The translations under genes were made by a program, and so were the position numbers. The notes under the pieces were generated by a model. That model did no database searches. It was not told where the DNA came from and worked only from the letters and a program-made list of their open reading frames with translations. A stretch of DNA of 61,032 bases. Source: an uncultured virus (IMG/VR IMGVR_UViG_3300033075_001676) (Duplodnaviria; Heunggongvirae; Uroviricota; Caudoviricetes). The stretch lies in IMG/VR virus record IMGVR_UViG_3300033075_001676. One strand, written 5' to 3'. Shown here piece after piece: positions 37,802 through 45,987 of this stretch (the first letter of the stretch is position 1; each line of letters starts with the position of its first letter).

Positions 37802-38571
37802 TTAAAGGTATCCTCCCAATTAAAGAAAACTGGTTTCATGCCTAGTAAGATCTTTTGTTCATCGCTATAGAATCTAGTAGCATATTTTCCAATCTCAGCA
37901 TGTTTAATTGGATCTAAAACTTTAGCATAAGATTCTTCAAAATCTTGACCATTTACGGCATTGCAATGTAGTGAAGGATATGTTCCAGACTTCTTAAAAA
38001 ATCCAGCTTTAAGGTATCTCCTGAACATGTGGCAGTCTGAGAAGCCCCATCTGTTATCAAAAACTTTAGTATCTAAGCCTCCAACTTTTTCAATAGCTTT
38101 TCTAGTAACTACATTAATTGAACCAATGCCTTCGTCATAAAGATCAAATTTGATTCCTTCTATTTCTTTTTCTCCAACTTTATACTGAAGCTCTTCAAAT
38201 CTAACCATAAAGACATCTTGGACCTTGGCTGCTTCTTGGGACTTCTCCACCCAATCTAAATCCTCAACCCAGATATCACAATCCATTAAAATCAATAAAT
38301 CATAATTATCATCCCAGGCTTTCTTGAAACCTAGATTTCTAGCCCAATTCCAGCCTTTATTTTCAGGCAACCAATCAAAGATAATATTAGATCTATTTTT
38401 ACAAAGTTCTTTTACTTCATCTTTAAATTCTGAACAGGAGTCATTGTCTGTAAAATAGATATTAAACTCACCAGTATAAGTTAATAATTTTTTAACATGC
38501 TCAATTGTAGTAGCATATCTATCTGTAGTATTATCTGGAACCCATAGGGTTGATTGGATTAAAGTTTTCAT
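37798..38571 (-). CDS. Glycosyltransferase family 2
   Basis: TDNDS, NKGWNWARNLG, MDCD, VGGLD, WGFSD. Confidence 0.82.
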   Translation of the reverse strand: MKTLIQSTLWVPDNTTDRYATTIEHVKKLLTYTGEFNIYFTDNDSCSEFKDEVKELCKNRSNIIFDWLPENKGWNWARNLGFKKAWDDNYDLLILMDCDIWVEDLDWVEKSQEAAKVQDVFMVRFEELQYKVGEKEIEGIKFDLYDEGIGSINVVTRKAIEKVGGLDTKVFDNRWGFSDCHMFRRYLKAGFFKKSGTYPSLHCNAVNGQDFEESYAKVLDPIKHAEIGKYATRFYSDEQKILLGMKPVFFNWEDTFK

Positions 38572-38575
38572 CTAT

Positions 38576-39262
38576 TTAATTAAACTGATCTCGAGCATAT
38601 AAGATTTCATGATTTACTGGAAGTTTAAATTTTTTACTAATAGTGTCGGTAATTTGAACTGCCACATAATTTATTCTTTGAGTCTTATTCATGCTCTCTT
38701 CTATTTTTAATCTTACTGCTCCAGGTACCTTACAGGTATTAAAAGATTTTCTAAGTTTAGCTCTTACTTCTGGAGTATAGGCTAATAAGAGATTAGAAGC
38801 CCTTTCTAGCCATTCTGGGCCTTGAAGGTGGAACATATAGTCTGGTTCTGGTAAACCTGCAGAGTAGCCTGTTAAAGTGGTGTTAGCTCCTATAGATTTA
38901 TTAAAGGTTCTAAAGCTATGAAGATAATTAACTAAAACTACTGGACCAGCTTTCTGTAAAGCCAGAATTCTTTCTTTCTGTTCGAAAGTATTGGCTATAT
39001 AAATGTGAGCCCACCATTGAGGTGCTTTTTCTAAAAGAGGTAAATTAGTTGTAAGATTAGTCAACAATAAATTACCTGTAGCAGAGGTAGGATCTAAAAT
39101 AGGAAATGTTAAAACATTGCCATTTAGTCTGGAAGCAACTAAATTGGCAATTGGAGTTTTACCGATATCTGGTGGACCGATTATTTCAATTATCGGAAAT
39201 GGGGGGATCGGCTTTTTTGGGACGCCCACGAGGTTTGGCCGGTGATACATTTGTTTCTTCAA
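38576..39262 (-). CDS. Thymidylate-kinase-fold protein, apparently degenerate
   Basis: P-loop GPPDIGKT, FP...SATG, IYIANT, VVLVNY, GLPEPD; start may be ATG 39250. Confidence 0.7.
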   Translation of the reverse strand: MKKQMYHRPNLVGVPKKPIPPFPIIEIIGPPDIGKTPIANLVASRLNGNVLTFPILDPTSATGNLLLTNLTTNLPLLEKAPQWWAHIYIANTFEQKERILALQKAGPVVLVNYLHSFRTFNKSIGANTTLTGYSAGLPEPDYMFHLQGPEWLERASNLLLAYTPEVRAKLRKSFNTCKVPGAVRLKIEESMNKTQRINYVAVQITDTISKKFKLPVNHEILYARDQFN

Positions 39263-39518
39263 TATATGCCCCTAACCTTCTGGCAATTTGTTTTCTAGGG
39301 ATAGTGGATAATACATACCTATCTCCTATCAGAATGATTAGAGTATAAATTTTTTTACCTCTAGTTAAATCAATGACTGCTCTTGCTCCACGTTCAGCTC
39401 GAGCAGTCCGCACAATAGTCTTTGCAGCTCCAATGCTATAATCTAATATAGCTACAATTTGAGATGTAACTATAAAGTTATTAAATCCAGCATTAAGTAA
39501 CAAAGGAAGTTTATTCAT
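39186..39518 (-). CDS. RemA/DUF370-family DNA-binding protein with C-terminal AT-hook
   Basis: LLNAGFNN..IVAI..IDLTRGKK..VLS..IARRL parallels RemA; KPRGRPKK tail. Confidence 0.8.
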   Translation of the reverse strand: MNKLPLLLNAGFNNFIVTSQIVAILDYSIGAAKTIVRTARAERGARAVIDLTRGKKIYTLIILIGDRYVLSTIPRKQIARRLGAYIEETNVSPAKPRGRPKKADPPISDN

Positions 39519-39952
39519 TAATCAACTCTACCAAATAGCTTAGCAATTTCTGGGTCAACATTTACATCTTCCCATTCCTCAGTCATTTTGAGGACACCTT
39601 TACCTTGGAATCTCTTTAGCATTTCTATAGATTTTCTAGTTTTATTGTATTGGTTTGTAATCTCTGGACCATTAATCTTTTGAGCTTCTTGGTCAGGATG
39701 AGCCAAAGGTTTATTTAGAGCTTCCTGAACTGTTTTAATTGCATCTTGAATGTCTGGATAAAACTCACCTTCTGGAAGATGACCACCTAAATCAATTGGA
39801 GGATCTACTGCAGTCTCACAAAGACTACAATCTAGTTGATTAGGATCATAGTTCTGGCATTTCTTAGAGATTGTACAAGCATGAAACCTAGGACATCTAC
39901 AAACTCTAGTAGAGTCATATAGATAACCTTTTAAAAGCGGTGGGGTTTCCAT
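39518..39952 (-). CDS. Cys-rich hypothetical protein
   Basis: CRC..HAC..C..CSLC. Confidence 0.55.
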   Translation of the reverse strand: METPPLLKGYLYDSTRVCRCPRFHACTISKKCQNYDPNQLDCSLCETAVDPPIDLGGHLPEGEFYPDIQDAIKTVQEALNKPLAHPDQEAQKINGPEITNQYNKTRKSIEMLKRFQGKGVLKMTEEWEDVNVDPEIAKLFGRVD

Positions 39953-40377
39953 TAAAGTTCATCAACCTCAGTAGCTGTAACTTCTGAATCAAGACTTGCA
40001 CCTAAAGAACCAATCTCTTGATATCTGGCTTTAATTTGGGCATTAATCCAAGTATAATCAACAGGCAAATCATTTAAAGCTTCTTCGCTAGTAATATCTA
40101 AATCACTTCTAAAATTGTGTAGCATCTCAACCTCAGCAGCAATAAACTGTTGAAGAATTTTCCAATACAAGACTGACTTATCATTAACCATTGTATCCAG
40201 CATTTCTTTAACAAATTCTCCAGATTGCTCAGCCATATTTTCAGCAAGCATTCTGATTTCCTTCATCTTAGTGTCTCTGGTTTCTTTAGTCCAAAGTTCT
40301 GGATTAAGTAATTCACCAAGCTTATCTTGGTACTCGGTAGCAGCTCTTTCAGCCAACAGATCGTCTAATGTTTTCAT
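39952..40377 (-). CDS. Hypothetical helical protein
   Basis: Coupled ORF. Confidence 0.55.
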   Translation of the reverse strand: MKTLDDLLAERAATEYQDKLGELLNPELWTKETRDTKMKEIRMLAENMAEQSGEFVKEMLDTMVNDKSVLYWKILQQFIAAEVEMLHNFRSDLDITSEEALNDLPVDYTWINAQIKARYQEIGSLGASLDSEVTATEVDEL

Positions 40378-40989
40378 TTATTCTTTCTCCTCAATAACTT
40401 TAGCAATGATATTTGCATGCTGGATAATATGGTAAGTTTCATTAATTCCTAAATGCTCAAGGTCTACAATCATAACTTTGAAAGGATCATAAGCAATCAT
40501 ATCATCTTCTGCAACATGGAAAGGTACAGTAGTACCATCAATAGTCTTCCATCCAGTACCTAAAGTAACAACCTTACCTAGATTAGGTGGAGTTCTTTTA
40601 GAATCTGGAAGTAGCATTCCTCCTGCAGACTCTTTAGGACTTTCCATTTTTTCAATTTGGACATAACTTCCAAGAGGTTTTATTTTCATTGTTTCAAGAT
40701 CAATAGTACAGAGAACGTCTAACATAGAGCAGACAAACCCTTCCTTAGCACCAAAATAAGTTAAATCTATAGCATGCTTGCCATGGGCCATGACATAGGC
40801 TAAGTCTCCAGGTTTACAATCTGGCTCAATAACTGTGCCATGTAAATCAGTCATCCCTGGACCAGTAGATAAAATTTTAGCCCATCTAATAGTTTTTTGA
40901 GCTGTATCGGGCTTAATAAACCCAGCTTCTTTAGGCTCTACAGGTTCAACAGTAACATAATTATTTATAGCTTCAAGTCTCATAGACAT
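40378..40989 (-). CDS. groES: Tandem two-domain GroES co-chaperonin (Cpn20-like)
   Basis: Domain 1 LEAINNYVTV..AGFIKPD..ILSTGPG..KPGD; domain 2 IKPLGSYVQI..AGGMLLPDS..GKVVTLGTG..IIAKV. Confidence 0.85.
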   Translation of the reverse strand: MSMRLEAINNYVTVEPVEPKEAGFIKPDTAQKTIRWAKILSTGPGMTDLHGTVIEPDCKPGDLAYVMAHGKHAIDLTYFGAKEGFVCSMLDVLCTIDLETMKIKPLGSYVQIEKMESPKESAGGMLLPDSKRTPPNLGKVVTLGTGWKTIDGTTVPFHVAEDDMIAYDPFKVMIVDLEHLGINETYHIIQHANIIAKVIEEKE

Positions 40990-41294
40990 CTTATTAAAAG
41001 TTTAGTTTCTAGTGGATAAGCTATTGGTAAGCCGGCATTACTTCTAGGTTGTTTAATCATAGCTACTTTATTGTCTTCTACTAAAAGAGAATAAGTACCA
41101 TTTGCTAAAACAAAGCCTACACTAGTTACAGGATACCAATATTTTATTTTTGCAATTGATGAGTGATTATCAATCTCCACATCTACACTAAAAGACGTAT
41201 TTAAAATGCGATCTATTTCAGATCTAGCTGGATCATAAAAAACTTGAGGAGCGTAATATTTTGTGCCGTTATGCTCAAAAATCTTCAGAGTCAT
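40980..41294 (-). CDS. Hypothetical protein
   Basis: Likely start ATG 41294 (MTLKIF). Confidence 0.5.
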   Translation of the reverse strand: MTLKIFEHNGTKYYAPQVFYDPARSEIDRILNTSFSVDVEIDNHSSIAKIKYWYPVTSVGFVLANGTYSLLVEDNKVAMIKQPRSNAGLPIAYPLETKLLIRCL

Positions 41295-41634
41295 TAACTT
41301 TCTTTTTTCTAGCAGGCTTCTTTGCTGTAGGAACATCTCCAGAGCCAACCATATCTAACCCACCTAAAACGGTGTGAGGTTCTATATTTCTTTTGTAGAG
41401 TAACTGAGTTAAGATTACAACAGTTTTTTCTGGAAGAGCAGTAGAAAGAAAAGCTTCTAAAACTACAGCATCTCTATAAGGATTAGATTCAGTAGTTTTT
41501 TCAATATTAACTACTGTACTTTTTTGTCTGACTCCGGAAAGAGTGATAACATCTGAAGATTGTGGAGCTGTTGGAAAAGGAAACTCCAACACATCTGTCA
41601 TATCTTCATTTTCATGATCATACATTTTACCCAT
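41275..41634 (-). CDS. Hypothetical protein with basic tail
   Basis: KKPARKKK tail; coupled ORF. Confidence 0.55.
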   Translation of the reverse strand: MGKMYDHENEDMTDVLEFPFPTAPQSSDVITLSGVRQKSTVVNIEKTTESNPYRDAVVLEAFLSTALPEKTVVILTQLLYKRNIEPHTVLGGLDMVGSGDVPTAKKPARKKKVNDSEDF

Positions 41635-41972
41635 TATTTAATTTCCTCATATTCAAAATTCCTTCCAGCACCTCTAATAACTGATTGAACCATAGGTCCA
41701 AATCCTGCTGGGTCATTAAAAAATTCTTTCCAGGTGTCATAGCCTCTAGACTCATCATTTAATTTGAAGTTAGGGGTTTCTGGCAAAAAGGAAGTGATTT
41801 CAATATCTTTGGGATCTGAGTTCCATTTATTTATTTTAAAGATAACTTGGGGCTTATTAAAGTCATTATACTTTACTGTAACTTTAATCGAGTCTCCATA
41901 CTCAGATTCAAAATCAACTAGATCTCCAACTACTTCCAGCCAAGGTCTAGTGTCATACATACTTCTTTCCAT
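41634..41972 (-). CDS. Hypothetical protein
   Basis: Coupled ORF. Confidence 0.55.
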   Translation of the reverse strand: MERSMYDTRPWLEVVGDLVDFESEYGDSIKVTVKYNDFNKPQVIFKINKWNSDPKDIEITSFLPETPNFKLNDESRGYDTWKEFFNDPAGFGPMVQSVIRGAGRNFEYEEIK

Positions 41973-41998
41973 ATTATACTCTATATTATTTAACGTTT

Positions 41999-43090
41999 TT
42001 ATACAGCTAAGATAACACCAGTTATAACTGGAGTCACCCTAGAATCTGTTGTAGTCAAATTAACTGTAGCAATATTTACTGAATTGGTGACAGTTAATTG
42101 AGCTAAATCTGAAGGATCCTTACCTCTAATTGTACTTGTATCAATAGTCCTAGAATATGGATCTTGGACTGCAAGTACTGCAGATGTTTCATATTCATTA
42201 TGTAAAAGAGAAATTTTCTTAAATCCAGCATATAAACTAGATTTAGGGTTAATTCCAATAACAAGTTGACTAATGATAATGCTTTCTGGTAAGTGAAGTC
42301 TTACTGGTCCAAACTCTGTAAGAGTTCCAGTAGCAGAAGAATATCTTGGTAAGTAAGATAAGTCTAGGCTATACCAAGTTCCGGCAATAGTATCATCTGC
42401 TTTTTGATACCATACTCCAATAAGTTCGGTACCAAATGCAGGCATGGGCCAAAGCTCTAATACATTAGGTTGTAACCCTCTAAATTGCAAGGGAGTTTTT
42501 AATTTGAAAAAAGCATTAATAGCTGAAGTGCCAGAAGTTGCTACTAACCAAGTTTGTTCATCTCTCAACATAAAGATACCTTCAGAGTCTGTCTGGTAGA
42601 GTGAGTTACTTATTGCTGCAGGTGAACTTACACCTAAATTAGCATAGCTTAATTCAACTTCAGTAGCAACATACTTCTGGCCGTATACATCTTCTTGAAC
42701 CAAGACATCTATTGAAGATCGAATTGGAAGAGTTGCTTGTCCAAAAACTTCATGAATAGTAGCTGTATTTGAGCCATCAATATAAAAACTAGAATGCATG
42801 TCTGCAAGTACTTGGGAATATCCTGAAGCTGCATCTACTCTGGAACTTACGCCACTCAAGATACTTAAAAAAGCACCTGCTTGTTGTAGGGCACAATTTT
42901 CAAATCTCTCTGCTCTTAGAGCTAAGCTATTAGTTCTAGTTGTTAAGATAGAAATATCTCTAGTAGCAGCCTCAAAATATCTATTTAAAATATTACTACT
43001 TGAAGAACCTCCAGGTTTAATTTTGGGAGCCTCAGTAGATTCCAAAAGGAATTCAGCTGTCTCAAATGAACTACGATTAAAATTTTCCAT
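41999..43090 (-). CDS. Putative virion/baseplate protein (paralogue family)
   Basis: Helical N-terminus, FGQATLPI, C-terminal TPVITGVILAV. Confidence 0.55.
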   Translation of the reverse strand: MENFNRSSFETAEFLLESTEAPKIKPGGSSSSNILNRYFEAATRDISILTTRTNSLALRAERFENCALQQAGAFLSILSGVSSRVDAASGYSQVLADMHSSFYIDGSNTATIHEVFGQATLPIRSSIDVLVQEDVYGQKYVATEVELSYANLGVSSPAAISNSLYQTDSEGIFMLRDEQTWLVATSGTSAINAFFKLKTPLQFRGLQPNVLELWPMPAFGTELIGVWYQKADDTIAGTWYSLDLSYLPRYSSATGTLTEFGPVRLHLPESIIISQLVIGINPKSSLYAGFKKISLLHNEYETSAVLAVQDPYSRTIDTSTIRGKDPSDLAQLTVTNSVNIATVNLTTTDSRVTPVITGVILAV

Positions 43091-43743
43091 TATTTAAGAT
43101 ACCATCTTCGATCTACATCTTTAAGAAGTAACCATTCTTTAAAACTAATTTGATCGGCTATATGATTAAGATATGCCAATTCCGCACCAGTAGGGTATAA
43201 ACTTGCTTCACTAACTTTTAACCTAACATCCCAATTATAAAGGCTTTGAGCTAAGTTGACACAAGTAAGTAAGATACTTTGAATAAAGTGATTAAATTTA
43301 TTGGACTCTCGGTGACCCCTAAATCTATGATTAAAAGTTAGAGGAGTTACTTGATTTGAAAGTCTTTTAGATGCTTCTTTTCTAAGTAAGAAAGTATTTA
43401 CTGTAACTTCTGTAGATCCTAAGTCTCCATCTAAGTGAGAGACTATTACAACTGAGCCTCCAGGAACTCCAATTCCAACTGAGGTGGGACCTTCTCCTAG
43501 TGGAGGTGTAATAGGTGTACTTCCTCCTCCATGAGGAACATCTCCTGTTCCAGCTCCTCCGCCGCCCCCACCTCCACCAGAACCGCCGTGGGGAACATCT
43601 CCAGTACCTACCCCACCTCCAGCCCCGCCAGCAGCGCCACCCCCAGTATCTCCAACATTTGTACCACTTGGGGAAGTAAAAGGTACAGGCTGAGCAGATA
43701 AAATAATTTCTTCTTGGGGAGTTAGGGGATCTATAACAGGCAT
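43090..43743 (-). CDS. Putative virion protein with Gly-rich repeat
   Basis: Two copies of GTGDVPHGG; RFRGHRESNKFN. Confidence 0.55.
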   Translation of the reverse strand: MPVIDPLTPQEEIILSAQPVPFTSPSGTNVGDTGGGAAGGAGGGVGTGDVPHGGSGGGGGGGGAGTGDVPHGGGSTPITPPLGEGPTSVGIGVPGGSVVIVSHLDGDLGSTEVTVNTFLLRKEASKRLSNQVTPLTFNHRFRGHRESNKFNHFIQSILLTCVNLAQSLYNWDVRLKVSEASLYPTGAELAYLNHIADQISFKEWLLLKDVDRRWYLK

Positions 43744-43746
43744 AAA

Positions 43747-45987
43747 TTATCTTCCATAAATAGTATAGTCTTTTAAGATTGGAGAACTACCAGCTCCTTT
43801 TTCAAGGTCAGCTCTGATATATAATTCATTAAGCCCAAAAGAATCTGTAGCTTGATATGAAATATAATTATCAGGACCTAAACCAGTAAAATAACTATCA
43901 ATAGTTCTAGTCGAATTTGTGTTGTACATCAAACTTGTTCGATCACTATTCCATGCCCAATAAGTAGGATCTTCTGGGAGGTTCCAAAGTAGATCAAATT
44001 CTGATACTGGTTCATGTTGGCCTGATGCTAGGATGTTAGTAATATTAGAAGTTGATAGACTAGTAAAATTAGAATCAAATAGAGATGGGAAAATCTCTAA
44101 TTGAAGATATGGATAAGTAGAATCAAAAGCGTCCGAGCCATAAATAGCTGGGTCTACAGTATTGATAAAAATTTCTATTTTATTCCAACCTGCTTCTAGT
44201 GAAAATGCAAAAGGTTTTCCTACCAAGCCCCCACCTTCAATTGAATTATCTTGATAAATCGTATAGGGTTGACTATCAGCTGAGATCAATACATCATTGA
44301 TATAAAATGAATAAGTACCAAAAATTCTATTTAATTGACTATAAGGTTTGGTGTTTGTAGCTTTATATCCCTGTAAAAACCAAATTCTACCATCTTTAAA
44401 ATAAAGACTATTTGGGGCATATGCCATAAATCTAAGTCTATAGGAATGACTATATTGAGCTATATTACTTCCATTACCTGGTAAAGGAGTAAGACAGAGG
44501 CTTTTATATTTTCCAGCAAGTTCAGAAGTTGTAGCTAATCCGGCTGCCACTGATCTTTGGAACGCAAAAACTGGACCACCTCTATAAATTCCATTATCTC
44601 TTAAAGTAGTAGCTCCATAGTTTTGAAATATATAGCTATCTGGATTGATAGATAGCGAAGGTATATTACTCCAAGCTTTTAAAATTTTAAAGTCTGCAAA
44701 ATCTGGACCACTCAAAACCTTAAGATTATCTCCAGTTTCTAGCCAGTCTTGCCTAACTGCACTAACTTCAATTTGATTTTTACCTACATCCATCAAACCA
44801 TCTTTTGCAGAAAGAGGTAATTGAGATCCAATACTAATTCCATATAATCCTCGATACGCATCAGCAGGAGACGCATTAGTAATAGGAACTCTTCTATAGA
44901 GTTTAGATCCTTCTGCTATTGCATTCCATGTACTAGGTGTGAATTTAGTCCAAGAACCTCCAGAAGCACTGGCATAATAAAAATTAATGTTACTGTCTGA
45001 AGTTTCGGTAGATCTATACTCTAGTTTTACTTCTTTAAAGCTTTCTAAAGCTTTAAGGGCTTTAGAGTAGATGACTGCTCTTTCTGATGAGTCATTTGTG
45101 GTAAAAGTAACTTCTCTAATTCCTCCAGCTTTAGGGGGAGTTGAGTCTGCCAATTTAAAGGAAATTCTAACTTTATTAGTTTTAACATTGAGTGGCAAGG
45201 TGGTTTTATTAAAGATACCAAGAGTAGCAGCAATTACCCACCTATCTATAAAAGTTTCAACTTGGACATCAATTCCATATCCAATTGGATCAATAGTAAT
45301 TGATCCTAAATTGTAGCTTGTGTTAAAATTTAAGATAAAACTTGTTTTTGAATCATCTATAAATAGACATCTAAAGCTTGTATTTAGCAATCCATCAATA
45401 CATTGAGTATAATTGGAGCCTAAAGTATTGCCCCCTGTACATAGCTTAAGGTCTGAGCAAGTTATGTCATGTTGCTTTAAGAGCTGCTCAGATGCAGCAT
45501 TAGAAATAAAAGCAATACCTTCTGAAGTATCAAAAGCTGCAGTAGTTTGATTTAAATCTAGGTTATCAACATTATTAAAGGTCTCAGTAAATACCCAGGT
45601 TGCTCCAAAAGCAGATCTATATTTCTCACTTTCTGCTTTCTTTTGAGTATCTAATGCCCTGTTTTTTACTAATTGCATCTTTAACCAATACTCTAAATTA
45701 AGCAGAAGTAATTGGGATTCTAAGATGTCTAATGCAAACTGAGTTGTCCTTACATCTCTAGCTATTCCTTTAAAAAAATTAGAGATTCTTTTTACATTTA
45801 TAACTTCTCCAGCTTTAGCTACATATATAGGAGCTAAAGGTGAGCCATATGTTTGCTTACCTATATCTGTAGGACTAAGTAAGTTTTCATAAATCTCACC
45901 TACACTAAAAAGATTGCCACCTTGAAGACCTTTTCTAGCAGCTTCTTCAAATAATATTTTCTTTTGTAAAGTTTCAATTAGTGGCAT
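43747..45987 (-). CDS. Putative virion/baseplate protein (paralogue family)
   Basis: Coiled coil, ETFNN...DTSEGIA, IDG..TSF, C-terminal SPILKDYTI. Confidence 0.55.
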   Translation of the reverse strand: MPLIETLQKKILFEEAARKGLQGGNLFSVGEIYENLLSPTDIGKQTYGSPLAPIYVAKAGEVINVKRISNFFKGIARDVRTTQFALDILESQLLLLNLEYWLKMQLVKNRALDTQKKAESEKYRSAFGATWVFTETFNNVDNLDLNQTTAAFDTSEGIAFISNAASEQLLKQHDITCSDLKLCTGGNTLGSNYTQCIDGLLNTSFRCLFIDDSKTSFILNFNTSYNLGSITIDPIGYGIDVQVETFIDRWVIAATLGIFNKTTLPLNVKTNKVRISFKLADSTPPKAGGIREVTFTTNDSSERAVIYSKALKALESFKEVKLEYRSTETSDSNINFYYASASGGSWTKFTPSTWNAIAEGSKLYRRVPITNASPADAYRGLYGISIGSQLPLSAKDGLMDVGKNQIEVSAVRQDWLETGDNLKVLSGPDFADFKILKAWSNIPSLSINPDSYIFQNYGATTLRDNGIYRGGPVFAFQRSVAAGLATTSELAGKYKSLCLTPLPGNGSNIAQYSHSYRLRFMAYAPNSLYFKDGRIWFLQGYKATNTKPYSQLNRIFGTYSFYINDVLISADSQPYTIYQDNSIEGGGLVGKPFAFSLEAGWNKIEIFINTVDPAIYGSDAFDSTYPYLQLEIFPSLFDSNFTSLSTSNITNILASGQHEPVSEFDLLWNLPEDPTYWAWNSDRTSLMYNTNSTRTIDSYFTGLGPDNYISYQATDSFGLNELYIRADLEKGAGSSPILKDYTIYGR

